Below are positions 1-11,686 of a stretch of DNA of 35,925 nt, piece by piece. A program made the translations under genes and the position numbers. The stretch spans positions 1 to 35,925 of the forward strand of contig DF237514.1 of NCBI GenBank assembly GCA_000708835.1. The letters run 5' to 3'. The stretch is from Klebsormidium nitens. Its lineage: Eukaryota; Plantae; Klebsormidiophyceae. Numbering within the stretch: position 1 is the first letter of the stretch; every line of letters starts with the position of its first letter. The notes under the pieces were generated by a model. The model was not told where the DNA came from and did no database searches. It worked only from the letters and a program-made list of their open reading frames with translations.

Positions 1-970
1 TGCACGGACGTACCGGGCACTTTCTGCACATTTCAGCCGAAACTCAGATCGACGGCGCTCGGCTAAACCCTGTCCATCGGACGGCCGAGAGAGTTGGGTG
101 GGATTTGAGACTCGCGCCGCCCCCCAGCGCATGGGTGATCGTCCGGTCCGGTCACGGTCACTTCCAGGGGAGCCGCGGCCGCGGCGCGCAGCGCCAATTA
201 TGGGGCGGCCATCCTGGGCCATGACATCTGCTCGAAGCAGGATAGCAGCACGCTGAAAGTACCTATATAACATAGGTAATAACAACCCGTAAATCAGTCT
301 TGGATTGGCAAGCTGCAATATATTGCTTTCGGTAAGTGCTCAATGTCGGTATCATGATGTCGCCGTACGTTATATTACGACGCTTTGTCTGTAAGAATGG
401 CTCCAGTGCTTGCATGTTGCCGATATAAGCTACTTTGAGCCAGCCGTAGCAGGCTAGTAATGAAAACGAAGGGTCTTGGCACGGAAAGCTTGCAATAAAT
501 GAATCGGCATACATCACATCGACCACGTGGAAAGTTCCTATCGTTCTTTATTTGAAAAGACCCGACCATTGAAAGCTAACGGGCCCTAAAGAACCCGTGC
601 ACCCCACTTCGACCTGATATTCTCCCCATATTCTTCGCCAGATTGCTGCAGTCTGGCCTTGTATTGACCTCGATCAGGCTATAGGATTGTAAGGGCGCAT
701 TGAATGGATTGGGCAGTAACGACGATCATACAATATGTCAACTGATCAACTCGCAGCTGTCAACGAAAGCACCGCGTACCCGCAATTCCTAATACTAGGC
801 GCGCTGCTATACTTTCTCGCCCGGTACCAACATCCCGTTGAAATGGGGACTATAGCATTAGGCGCCTTGCAACCTTCAAACATTTGCAAAGATAGCTTCG
901 GGCTTTTGGAAATCTTGTTCGAGCTTGGCAGCTCGCCTCGACCATACGAAAGCAAAGGGAACGACTTTGC

Positions 971-1079
971 GCAGCTGGACGGTTGCAATATGTCGCCTCC
1001 CCTTACTGGATTAATCTTGGGAAAGAGAGAGCTACGATTTAAGCAACTAGACGGTTTCGCTATGTCGCTTCCCCTTGCT
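971..1079. repeat. Degenerate tandem duplication spanning the SmF stop codon (37-bp cores 971-1007 and 1043-1079, 72-bp period)
   Basis: gcagctggacggttgcaatatgtcgcctccccttact vs gcaactagacggtttcgctatgtcgcttccccttgct, 30/37 identical by manual alignment. Confidence 0.8.
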
Positions 1080-3188
1080 CCTTATCTTCATCCATCTCTT
1101 CATCTTCTGGAACGCCCCGAAGGTACAATACGTTATTACACCTGCAAGGCAAGAGTCACACTCTAGTTGCTTGAGTTCGGGACCTCCCCAAGACCTGAAG
1201 CGGCCTCCGGCTCCTCAAGTCTCGTGAAGTGCTGCCGACCTGCATTGCAGGTGCCTCATGTGGCAATCCGCAAATGAATTGCAAAAAAATCAATTGGAGC
1301 GTCACGAGGATTGAAATACTGCTGAAGCACAAGCAGTTCGTTGTCGAAAGACGGCGGCAGACTACTGTTTGGACAATCAAAAAAAGAAGTTTTCTTTTCC
1401 TTTTCTCATCGAGTCTCAATCAGAGAAACACCATTAGTGATATGTTTGGCCCTGCTAACACCCTGGGCGAAGTAATACCTTCCTGCAATAACGAATCCGA
1501 ACAAAGTCGCCATGTCGTCTGCCAATGCTCGACAACGATGCTTTACCAGAACCATGAAACAAGCCCAGCTTTTTTTAGCCAGCCCATGGATCGCAGAAAG
1601 AAGCCTCAAACTCGGACTGCAAGAGAAAAGAACATGCTGGTGATAGCCGCACCTGATAAGGACCTCCCCAAGTTGGCCGGTAAATTGCCCATCGATGAAC
1701 TCCTCGGTGTTTGCTAGCTGCGCAACATGAAACAGACGCTTCAGTTTGAGTATGAAACAACCTCAGCCTAGACATCCACGAAAAGAGGATGATAGTGAGC
1801 TGGATTCTGGAAGCTTTGCCCAAGACGTAAAGCAAGCGTTTCGCATGGAAAAAGAGTACTCGGAGATTCGCAGAAGGGCACCACCCGCAAAAGGGAATGA
1901 CAGCAACGAAAACCAGCAAGGCACAACGTGGACATAGGTCTTTGTCTTTGAAGGTTGTCCGGTGTCCAAGTTGATGACAAATTCCACAATACAGACTGTT
2001 GACCCAGTTGGAAAGAGCGCCAAAGATGGTGAATAGTCAGGGTCGCCATTCACTGATAAGCATTAACGATGAAAAAGAAACACGACGGACTTACCTGCAG
2101 ATTCATGTAAGAGTCTACCGACACAAGGAACCCTGCAAGAGAAAGCGGCGAAATCATGTTAGGGTATGTCCAGAGGTGCGAAGAAAGTAAATGGGTGTCC
2201 TGCACTAACAGCAGGAATTGTCAATGATCTTTCCAATAGAGCACATCTCTCGTTACATCGACAAGCCTCAAGACCAATGGAAGTGCACCCGCATTTGGTA
2301 TCAGCAACAGCGGCTCTGTCTTTGTAACTCGAGCCCGCTTTCTCATGGGGCCTGGTACGCGCATGTTTCCTAAGATCCCTTTCTCATACTTTAGACGTAT
2401 CCCCCTTCAACTCGTTTAGCTGATCATTGACATCGTCCGCAACTGCAACAAAGGCCTATCGGATCTCGACGCCCGGTGTAAGTACAAGCGTGTCAGCAAA
2501 GAAACTACATACACCAGCAGAAAAAGTCAAGAACTGAGCCGAACCTTTGTACTCCATTCCCCACTTCAGTTTGACGATCACTGGCTTCCCGGTGTGCTCA
2601 TTCAGAAACGGCTTCGGGTTGACGGGGACGCTCTGCAGGCAACCCGAAAACTGTCAGCAGCATTCCAAACAACTACCAACGCCTGCCTTCGCTGTACCAC
2701 CGCCTGCCTTCGCTGTACCACCACGCATCAAAGACGAATCATCATGTGGAACTCTGCTTTCGACACATGTGCTTCAGAGACTGACTGATCCGAGGAGCAG
2801 CAGTACAGTTTGAAAAGCCTTGAGCAGATAGACGTCACACTGTCTATCAAAATGGGCGCTCCAGTCCCAAAGCATGAAAGTCTGGACTCGTCACATTTGC
2901 ATCCACTGTTTTAGCAAAAAGTGAAACATATTGAATACACGGGCAATCTAAGGAGCAACGTGTCTCATTCTTCCAGGCGGTGCCGTTCTTGAATTAACAG
3001 CTTCTGTAACCTTAAAGTGGCAAGTGAAGCATCACAAAAATGAGGTCCCAGGTGGTAAACACAGCCCAGATTGTATGCAATTGTGAGTGAGCTGGCTACC
3101 AGAGAGACTCCTACATCATCATGATATCCGGACGCTCGTTCCGTAATTCTTTCACTTCGAGATTCCAAGACATTCAACTACTCACCAT
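1060..3188 (-). CDS. SNRPF: Small nuclear ribonucleoprotein F (SmF), 91 aa, 5 coding exons
   Basis: Exons 3188-3186 (ATG only, donor GTGAGT), 2632-2545, 2132-2095, 1717-1653 and 1141-1060. All junctions are GT-AG with matching phases, 276 nt total. Translation: [91 protein letters not shown]. It carries the SmF signatures [17 protein letters not shown] and LIRCNNVLY. Confidence 0.96.
2680..2721. repeat. Perfect 21-bp tandem duplication in SmF intron 1
   Basis: cgcctgccttcgctgtaccac x2 (2680-2700, 2701-2721). Confidence 0.95.
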
Positions 3189-5025
3189 CTTTGAAGAGGG
3201 TTCTCAAATCCAGCAAGCTTTGGGTTTTCACTTGTATTCTAGACCTTCCAGTCGTGCCGGCCTACAATCTATGCCCTCCACGCTTGCTTCTATGCAGAAG
3301 AGCTGCGCTATAGGAACCTCTTACGACCAAGAACAAAGCGGTGGGGCGGCCGCCGATGCTGGCGCTTGCCACCAGCCAATGGTAGCCCAAGAATTCCTGG
3401 CAAAGTCTGGTGGCCAATTCTCAGACAAGGCGTCAAAAGAGCTACCTCTTTGCTCTCTTTCCTCCCTACTGTAGCTCCTCCTTTTCCTCCCTGTGTTCAG
3501 CCTGTGTTTCCTTTCCTTGACTCCGACTCCGGGTCTTTTCCTGGTGCGAAACTCGCCGATATTCCACGGTCGCCTTCCCAGCTCTCACCATTACCGAACC
3601 CAAAATTTGGGTTGACAAAGCACCGGTTTCGAGCACTTCGCAGCCCTGACAACCAGTGCTTTGGAATTTTCCCGAAAGCCGCAGCCGCAAGTGACTGATT
3701 AGGTTTCACTTTGCGCCGGCGACAAGATCGTCTTCCTACATTCAGAAATGCAGTGAGTGAAGGGATTGAATTAGTGGCGTCTCAGGAGATCATTCTCTCT
3801 TTCCCACATAAGCAAGGTCCGCACTTCGTTCCTTGGGTGGTACTTGCATCGAGCAATCATGAGGTAGGTTCCTTGCTCTCCTCTCTAGGATGAGGCTTGT
3901 ATCGTGTCACGAGGTTTAGAAACAGGATATGCGCTTGTTTGGAATCAGCATTAGGTGATGGAAATTCCGTCCCAAGCAATTTGGCATATCTTTTTTGCTG
4001 AATGGAACTTCGAGCCCTGCATGTCTCGTTGTGATGGCACTAGCTGGTCGGCAGAAATAGTGTCCTCTTTAGGACCGGAGGATCACCCAAGATGGACCAC
4101 AGGGTGGACCACAAATATCTTACGTATCACAGACCTCCAATTATATTGTCCTTCTAAGGATGGTCATTTTCAATCAATCTGCTATGTGAGGCTTTTGCTG
4201 TCAATGAAAGCTCTTCACGGCAGCTCGATGGTGTTGTGCGGGACAGTGGCATTTGGTCAAATGGAAGGACTTTCAGAGCACTGTGCTTCTGCTGTCTGTT
4301 ATTTTTCTAGATCGGGAACTGTTCAGAACAACGGCAGTGCAGCAATTGCTGCCGATGCACCTAAAGTTGGATTGGTCTTGATCCTGATGGTTGATGCACA
4401 TAAGAGCTTCTGCTAGCCATGCGTCTTGCAGCATTGTTCCTCCTTGGTGTCCAGCCTGGGACAGTCGACCAGATTGTGTAAACTTATTTCGATCTACCTA
4501 CTTGGTCGTTTGAGCGGCCTCAGTACAGCCAGATCAATATGGCTCTGACCCTCGAGGTTGTCATCTGTTTGGGTCATCGTGACCTTCATAGTTTCTGATT
4601 CTTACTTTAATGTAAGCATTTGTCCGTTAAAGCATCTGAGAAAACCTTGCAGTCGTATTTGGAACTTAGAGTGCCACCACACGGCTTGTAATGAGAGCTT
4701 TCCAGCATCCAGCTTTGCTTGACGTGTCTAGGACATGTTGCCAGTCGTGCCTCTCTCCGCTGACAGTGCCGCTCAAGTCTCTGCCTTTCTGACGATTGAG
4801 TTCCTTGTTGCTCGCACCCCATCTTGTCCCTACCGCTTACCCTGATGGTTGTCGGCCGTAACAGCTTCTCTTGGCAATTCATATGACTTTCAGCAGCTTC
4901 GAAGTCCCCTCCTCTCTGGCTTTTCATAGAAGCACAGGTTGCAAGGCCGTTTGTGTATCGCTCTGCTAAAGTAGAACTATCCGTCCGTCGTCATCAACAC
5001 CTCAAGCGCTACATCGCACCGTACC

Positions 5026-8000
5026 ATGGCCCTCAGGCACAGAATGCGTGTTTGTAAAGATCTTTCGGGTGGTGTACTCGGCTGAGCAACCTAGTCTAGT
5101 TGCCAACGCTGCAACAAAAACATGCATTTTGGCAAGGTAGTAAGGTCCATGTTCAATAGCTCTCTCAGTGCAATCCATCATTTTGCAGCCGCCATCCGGA
5201 GGTCCTTTGGGCGCAGCGCAGCGACAAGGTCCTCATCACGATCGCCCTCCCCGACCCCATTGACCCCAAGATCCATGTAGACCCCTCCGGCAAGCTCACC
5301 TTCTCGGCAAAGGCTGGCCCTGACAAGACGCCGTACGAGCTCGATTTGGAGCTGGGGGGCGAGATCGACAATGAGGTGGGGGTCCGGAGAGTTGCCGGCT
5401 TTAGTGATTCAGGTTGCGACAAGGTTGCTTATCTGTTTCAGAGGCAGGTTCTCTGGAGCTGGGGGCAGAATTGCATTAGTAGAGGTTGGTGCTTCAGTGA
5501 TCAGGCCATCCGAAGCCTGCCGGTTGTGATTAAGTCATTGTTTGTCTGGCAGCATCTCTATGGATTAGACATCCAGGCAGATCATCCTTGACAAATCTAG
5601 GACATCTATACTTAAGCTGTATTATAGAAGTTGCCGCCCTTGTCTGCAAAGGTCAGCGTGAGTGGTCAAGAATTGTTGGCTGTTTCATCTACATCTGCAA
5701 TCAGGTGCTTTGCGAGTTGGAGCCAATATTATGGTATCTCAAAGGGACTTGCCACGACATGGAACCGTCCAAAAACTGCAAGGTCTTACACCTCAAAAGC
5801 AAGTGGCTGAGTGATTCTGCTCATCCTTGTACTGCAGAAGAGCAAGATTCAGATCACAAACCGGCACATACTGACAGTGCTAGAAAAGAAGGAGAAGGGT
5901 TACTGGGACCGTCTCCTAAAAGCCAAGGGCAAGACGCCACAGTACATCAAGGTGGACTGGAGCAAGTGGGTGGATGAGGACGAGGAGAAGGGTGAGGCTC
6001 CTCACAATGGATTTGATTCCCACCTGTATCGTTCTTGGAAAAGCTTGTTTGTTCAGTATCCCTGTGGATTACGTCTTCTGTTGAGGGTGCTTTGGAACAG
6101 TTGCTGAAGGAGCCTTTTCCTATTCCGTAAGAATTTTGTGGTCTTTGTACTTGCTCAGGTCAGTGGCTTACGTGCTTCTCTGTATTCAAAGCAGGCCTGC
6201 AAGGAGTGCATTAGTAGCAAGTGCGAAGAGATTGCTAGGGAGTCACAAATTAGGCATCGGCCCTTTCGTTGGAATCTGTTGGAGACACGCTTATTGCAGT
6301 CTGACGATTGTCGAGGCCCTTCGACTTCTTGTGATAATGGAAGTTTCGGACAGCTTGTCCGATGCGGGTCCTTCATCCACTAGTTGTTTCTCACTCTAGT
6401 TGAGGCACCTTTGGATGATTCTGTAAGGCTTTGATGACGTCCTTCGTGGCATCATTCTTGCGCTCAATTTATTTTGACCTTGTCTCGGAGGTTTGACCTG
6501 TCATCATTCACAACATCCGAAACGGAGGGCATCATATGTCCAGAAGTCTGCTTCTGGTGTGCTCTACTGAACGAGGGGCTTCATTTGGCCATCCTCAAGT
6601 CCGTCGTTCTCTTTTTTCCTGCTTTTCGAGGACATCGATATTGTGCACCTCCAAAAAGTAAGAAATACTGGCACGGTGCGGAAGGAGTAGGGGTTTTGTC
6701 GATGGCGATCGGAATTGCATGAGATGTTGTCTAACAAGGGTCCGAAAATTGAACCGCATTGGAGAGGCGCCAATCACACTTAGTTGTGGAATGGCCGCAT
6801 ACGTACTTCCAACGTTGAAGATCAACAGTGATCGAGCCCTCATCTCCAGTTCTTTTGCCCTGCAGGCGAATTCGATACAAGTAACCTCCAGGACTTTTCG
6901 GTAAGGCCCCAGCTTCATCAAGTGTGTCATTTTCGTCAAAGAGTGTGCTAGGAACGAAGAGGAAGCCTATCTTGCTTCCTGTTTAGCGACCATCCAATTG
7001 CTGTGAATGACACTTGGGTTCTTCGGATGGAATTAATAGTATCTGGACATGCCCGTAATGAGAAAGCAAACGAGCGCTTTGAATACGGACTGACCTGTCC
7101 TTGCTTCAATTGCTGAGGGATCGCCGAGGGCCTTGATGTCGTAGAATTGCAATTAAATTCTTTGTTCGTTTCTTTCCAGCAATTCGGAGGCGGCATGGGC
7201 GGAATGGGCGGAATGGGCGGCATGGGCGGAATGGGAGACGTAAGTTACAAAACCTTCTACATGTCCAAATTTGTCGAGCTGATAGCCTTGCTTGACAAAG
7301 AGGTGTTATCGGAGAACCTTTCCTCTTCGTCTTTCTCAACTGGTCGGAGTAAGAACAGCTTAGCTTATAGTCACGGACTGAATTCACGTAAGCCGACGGC
7401 TTTTGTTGTTCATGGCAAAATGCATCTGTCTGCGACATTCATCTTGGAGGTAGCGGAACTAATCCCTCTTGTTGACCCTCCCGTTTCCGCCCTGACAAGT
7501 AGCACCTTGTCATACAGCTTTCCGATTTTCCCTCTGGACCACTAATGTAGCGGCAGTTACAGCATGTAGCGCTTGCTAAAGAGAGCCACACTGCACTGCA
7601 GCTACTTTTGCCCTTTTGTCGAAGTTACTATTCAGCATCATTGGCGAGCCTCTGTCGTTCAATGTGGAACTGAGTTCGGACTTAGCCAGGTGTTCACATC
7701 AGGATAGCTCTTGGCCAACTTGTTGTCAGAATACCGAAGCCTTATGCCAACGTCTGTACCGTACAGTTGGGCGGTATGATGGGCGGAATGGGCGGCATGG
7801 GCGGAATGGGCGGAATGGGCGGAATGGGCGGAATGGGAGGTCCAGTGAGTGACCGTGCTCATGTCACTCGTTTTTTCGCCGGGTTATTGTTTCGGACCTG
7901 CCAAAGTCCAAGAACAAGCTTTTGGCAGCCATCCACTGTTTTTCCGTTGCTTGTCAAATCTTGGACAGAAAAGTCTCGGCTTTTGCCAGGAACTGTCAAG

Positions 8001-10462
8001 GTACGGGATGCGGTAAGCTTTTCTTAAGAGCATCAAGTTGGATGGACTTTTTCAACCCATTGCTTTGGTACAAGCACCATAACAGGTCAGCCGTTGGTAT
8101 CACGGACTCGACGTGCTGACGCTACTGACTCGAGCAGCACGACTAGGTAACCGGCAGGCCACCAAAATTCAAAAAAAAGGGCTACCTTAAATTCTAAGGC
8201 ACAACGAGGGAAGTCCTTGGTTCAAAGGGTGGTAGCGAACGCTTTCCATAATGAGGGTGCACGTAAGTTCGGAAGTTGTGTAAGAAGGCGATACATGGGC
8301 TTCCAAATGGCTTTTAAACTGGTAGGCCGGAAAGCTTTTGAAGGCGTCTGGTTATCCTGATCATTGTGTTTCAAGTCTCCTGTGTTTCAAGTCTCCTGCA
8401 TTTGTCCTTGCCGAAAATATTGAGGGGGCTATAAAAGGCTTGAATCAACAGAGACTTTAGGTACAATAACAGGGGCGATGCGTTTGAGTCTTGCAAACCT
8501 TCGCTGTCTTCCTCTACGGGGGCATGGGAGGTATGAACCAACAAAACTGCGCTCAAATAAGTCACGGTATAACTTGAGGGCGATCGCTTGAGTTTTGCAA
8601 ACCCGTGCCGTCTTCGTTCAGGGGGGTATGGGTGGCATGGACCAACAAAAATTGCAGGAGATGCTGGCTGGGCTGCAGGGAGGCGCCGGTGGCGGCATGG
8701 GCGGAATGGGAGATGTGAGTGGGGATCCCCCTCTGGTTCGGACGTCCGGTTGTCTTGAAAGGGCTGATTTGCAGGCGTCCAGTGGCGGTTGATGGGCGGC
8801 TTTTTGTTACGGTTGAACTTTTAATTGCGGAGGTGGTTGAAGTCAAGTTGCCGGCTGGGTCATAGTTTCTTGAAATTAGTGTGTTATTACACATAAGCTT
8901 CAGTAGCAGACACAAGGGAGAGCGCAGGAATGGTCCAAGTCGCTTCTTTGAAAGATGCGGAGAGCGCGTTGGAACGTGAACAATTGAACGGCTGCATAGG
9001 AAACCAGGCACGTGGTTTGCTTTTCGTCTTCCTTGGAACGGGTGCGAGCTCGCACTTTCGAAAACGGCCCCTCTCGCCGCAGACCCATAAAGAAACACAC
9101 AAACAAACAATGCTCCAAGCGTAACCCTCTGCTGATCAGCTGCCGCTGTCTCTCAGCGAGTCCCCAAGTTCTCTGTGTCAGCGTTGAGGTTCGAGCGCTG
9201 TGCACAGAACCGCTGACGTCACACAATCGTGAAAGACGTATGCAAGGCGTCAGTCGGAGCGCAACATCCTCATGGTCTGCTCTTTGTTCCTCGTACAGGC
9301 CGAAGGCGCGGAGGAGGTCGACAGCGATGACGACGATGGTACGTTCCGTTTCTGCTCGCTTCAGTTCCGCTCTCAATTTGCGACTTAAATTGCATTCTTA
9401 ACATTCTGTGTTTGGACCGCAATCCGAGTCCACTCCTTCCATCGTCGTCTCCCTGACCTTCGGCTTCCACTTCCCTTGTCGTATGTTATACGTCGCTAGA
9501 AAGGCGAGCTTGAGTTTGGATTCACTTGGATAGCAGCACGGTAACTTTCAGCACTTTCAGTACTGACACCTATGTAGACCAGCAGAGTCATCCGATTGTG
9601 GCCAGCGGTTCTGTCGAGTGGCTCAAACGCCCGTGATGTTGTCGGCGTTTGAGCACCAGCCTTTCTTAGCATACATCAGCTTTAGGTTCGTGACTGCTTA
9701 TGCGGATTCCCAAAAAATTAGCGGCCACAAAAAGGCTTCCTCTGAGCCATCTTACTAAATCGAATTGAGATTCTCAGGATTGTTGGCTCCATTACGTAGG
9801 GGCTAGCTGTGGGTGGTCGCTTTGGGCGAGCTTTGGACGCAGTCAGTGTTCCTTTCAACGCGTCTCAGTCGCTTTCTGGATTGCTTTCTTTTATCCATGT
9901 GTGATCCCCTCTCATCGCTAGAAGAAACGCGTGGATTAGCGCTGGTGGATTATGGTCGTCAGATTGACAGAAACAAAGACCTACTCTTTTCTTGTGCTAT
10001 CAGATGCTCTCCGTTTTCGGGGTTGTTTCGCAAGCCTTTCCGCCTGATGTGTTCCTTTCTGTTGCCGTTCCCGTCCCAATTCACGGCCTGTTCTTTGCAG
10101 CCAAGAATGCAAAGCTGCTCGACTCTTTGAAGCATTCGAAAGTCGCTACGGACGCCTCTCCGGACTCGGACGAAGAGGACGACGAAGGTAGCGGCACAGA
10201 ATCCTTGGATTATTAAGATTTCAGGAATGAAGAAGCTGGCCTTCTTAGGTTTTGGATCACCCTTTTTGGTAGCTGGTTGCGCGGAGTCCTTTCAGTTTCT
10301 GACGAGTCCCGACTTCTGGTGCGTTCTGCATCTCCGGGGCAGTCTCGTACTTGTCTTTCTGAAAGTCTGATAAGGAAGTACTTCCTTTTTCTGCACATTT
10401 GACGGTGCTCTTACCAACTGGTGTGTTCCTCTGCAGATCTTCCCGAGCTGGAGAAACCCTAA
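5026..10462 (+). CDS. SBA1: p23/SBA1 Hsp90 co-chaperone (CS domain plus plant-type Gly-Met tail), about 256 aa, 10 exons
   Basis: Exons 5026-5036 (GC donor, inferred), 5189-5375, 5838-5991, 6866-6900, 7180-7239, 7767-7844, 8622-8714, 9299-9338, 10101-10187 and 10437-10462, 771 nt in frame. Translation includes SRHPEVLWAQRSDKVLITI, WDRLLKAKGKTPQYIKVDWSKWVDEDEE (p23 signature), GGMGGM repeats and the acidic C-terminus DSDEEDDEDLPELEKP*. Exon 1 and inclusion of exon 9 are the least certain parts. Confidence 0.92.
7180..7844 (+). repeat. Coding 9-bp GGCGGAATG (Gly-Gly-Met) repeats in two small p23 exons
   Basis: 7180-7239 encodes QFGGGMGGMGGMGGMGGMGD and 7767-7844 encodes LGGMMGGMGGMGGMGGMGGMGGMGGP. 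Confidence 0.9.
8365..8396. repeat. Perfect 16-bp tandem duplication in p23 intron 6
   Basis: tgtgtttcaagtctcc x2. Confidence 0.93.
8473..8660 (+). repeat. Decayed upstream copy (8473-8550) of the p23 exon-7 acceptor junction (8578-8656), 105-bp period
   Basis: gggcgatgcgtttgagtcttgcaaacc...gggggcatgggaggtatgaaccaacaaaactgc vs gggcgatcgcttgagttttgcaaacc...ggggggtatgggtggcatggaccaacaaaaattgc. The copy has lost the acceptor AG. Confidence 0.85.
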
Positions 10463-11686
10463 GGAGCCATCCTAGCCGAAGGAGACGCAGCACGTATTGA
10501 GCGTTAGGCCGACTGTTCGGATGATTGTGCATCAGCGAGCACAAGTTGAACAAATAATGAGGCCGCGATGTAGGACAGAGTCAAAGTCGAATCTGGACCG
10601 CATCTCGCTGACATTTACGGTCCAATGGAGCTGGATACAGTGGCGTGGTAAGCGAGAGTTTATGAACTGACGACTTGTGCATTTTGCACAGTCCAGCTCT
10701 GCGACCTTTTCAGGTGTCTGCGCTTCTTCGCAAGAGTTAATACGGGCCTACGCTGCAAAAGAGCTCTTGTATGCGATCTTGAATATCTCCCAAGTCCTGT
10801 CATTGCCGGGGGCCTGGCACTTGGTATATGCGCCATGCATTGTTCGAACCATTCAGGCATGCAGCATTTATACGGCTTAGCATATGGCAGGTGTGAGGAC
10901 GACATTTTTTGCATGTCGGATCGAGCTACTTGCAATTGCAAATGCAAGGTGCATAATCCGAGTCGATCATGACTAGTGCGGCTCCTGATACATCATCGAA
11001 TGAGACCACGTGTTCATGTGAGCCACAGGGCCTACAGCCTATAAGCCACAAGGTTGCAAAGTGGTGGAGTCGATCCGACTGAAACTCGCGAGGGGCCCGC
11101 CCTCCAACTTTATCCATGCATGCATGCACATCATATTGAATCTTCGAAACCGCGGATCGACGGGCAGGCGGTTGTAATTTAATAATGCGTGTCTGAATTT
11201 TCACGGATGTTGCATCAGGCCGAGTGCAGACATTCAACTGTTGCTTTTCTGTCTTTCCTTTCACTGGGCAAATCTCCAGATCAATTGCATGCAATATATA
11301 GTACACCTTGAAAAATGTATGTTCAAACCTCTTATTGTGGCAATCAATGCGCGCGCGTGCTCCCAACAATCAGCCAGTCACAATACTAATCAACCAACGC
11401 TTCTTCTCCTTGGACGTTCCTTGGCTGTTCCAACCAACTTTAGATTACATTCCGCGAAGCCCGTTTGCTGGTCACACAATCCCCCATCTTCAACTTCAGT
11501 GCTTAGACCAGATTTGGACATGCGCCATCCCTGAATCAACTATTTCCGGTGAGCGGCCCAGCTAATGTGCAAGCATCTCAGCTTCTCGTCTCCTGAATAC
11601 TGCTTCTTCTCTAAGAATTCCATTTTACAAATGAAGAGGACTTCAAGCTCGAAATGCCTCTCCCGACCAACTAATCGACGCCGTGT

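Noticed and set aside
263-960. ORFs downstream of SmF (87, 80 and 143 aa)
   Set aside because: Translation of the alternative frames shows frequent stops and no recognisable family. The 143-aa plus ORF is antisense to the SmF last exon and its echo.
1180-1192. 13-bp exact match (ggacctccccaag) to SmF exon 4 (1660-1672) inside intron 4
   Set aside because: It does not extend on either side and lies 480 bp away, too short to call an echo.
3955-4416. 153-aa plus-strand ORF between SmF and p23
   Set aside because: No family resemblance, and internal splice-like signals do not give a consistent frame. Kept only as part of a low-interest finding.
10926-11369. 147-aa minus-strand ORF between the p23 and hydrolase 3' ends
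   Set aside because: No recognisable motif or splice support; likely UTR/intergenic noise.
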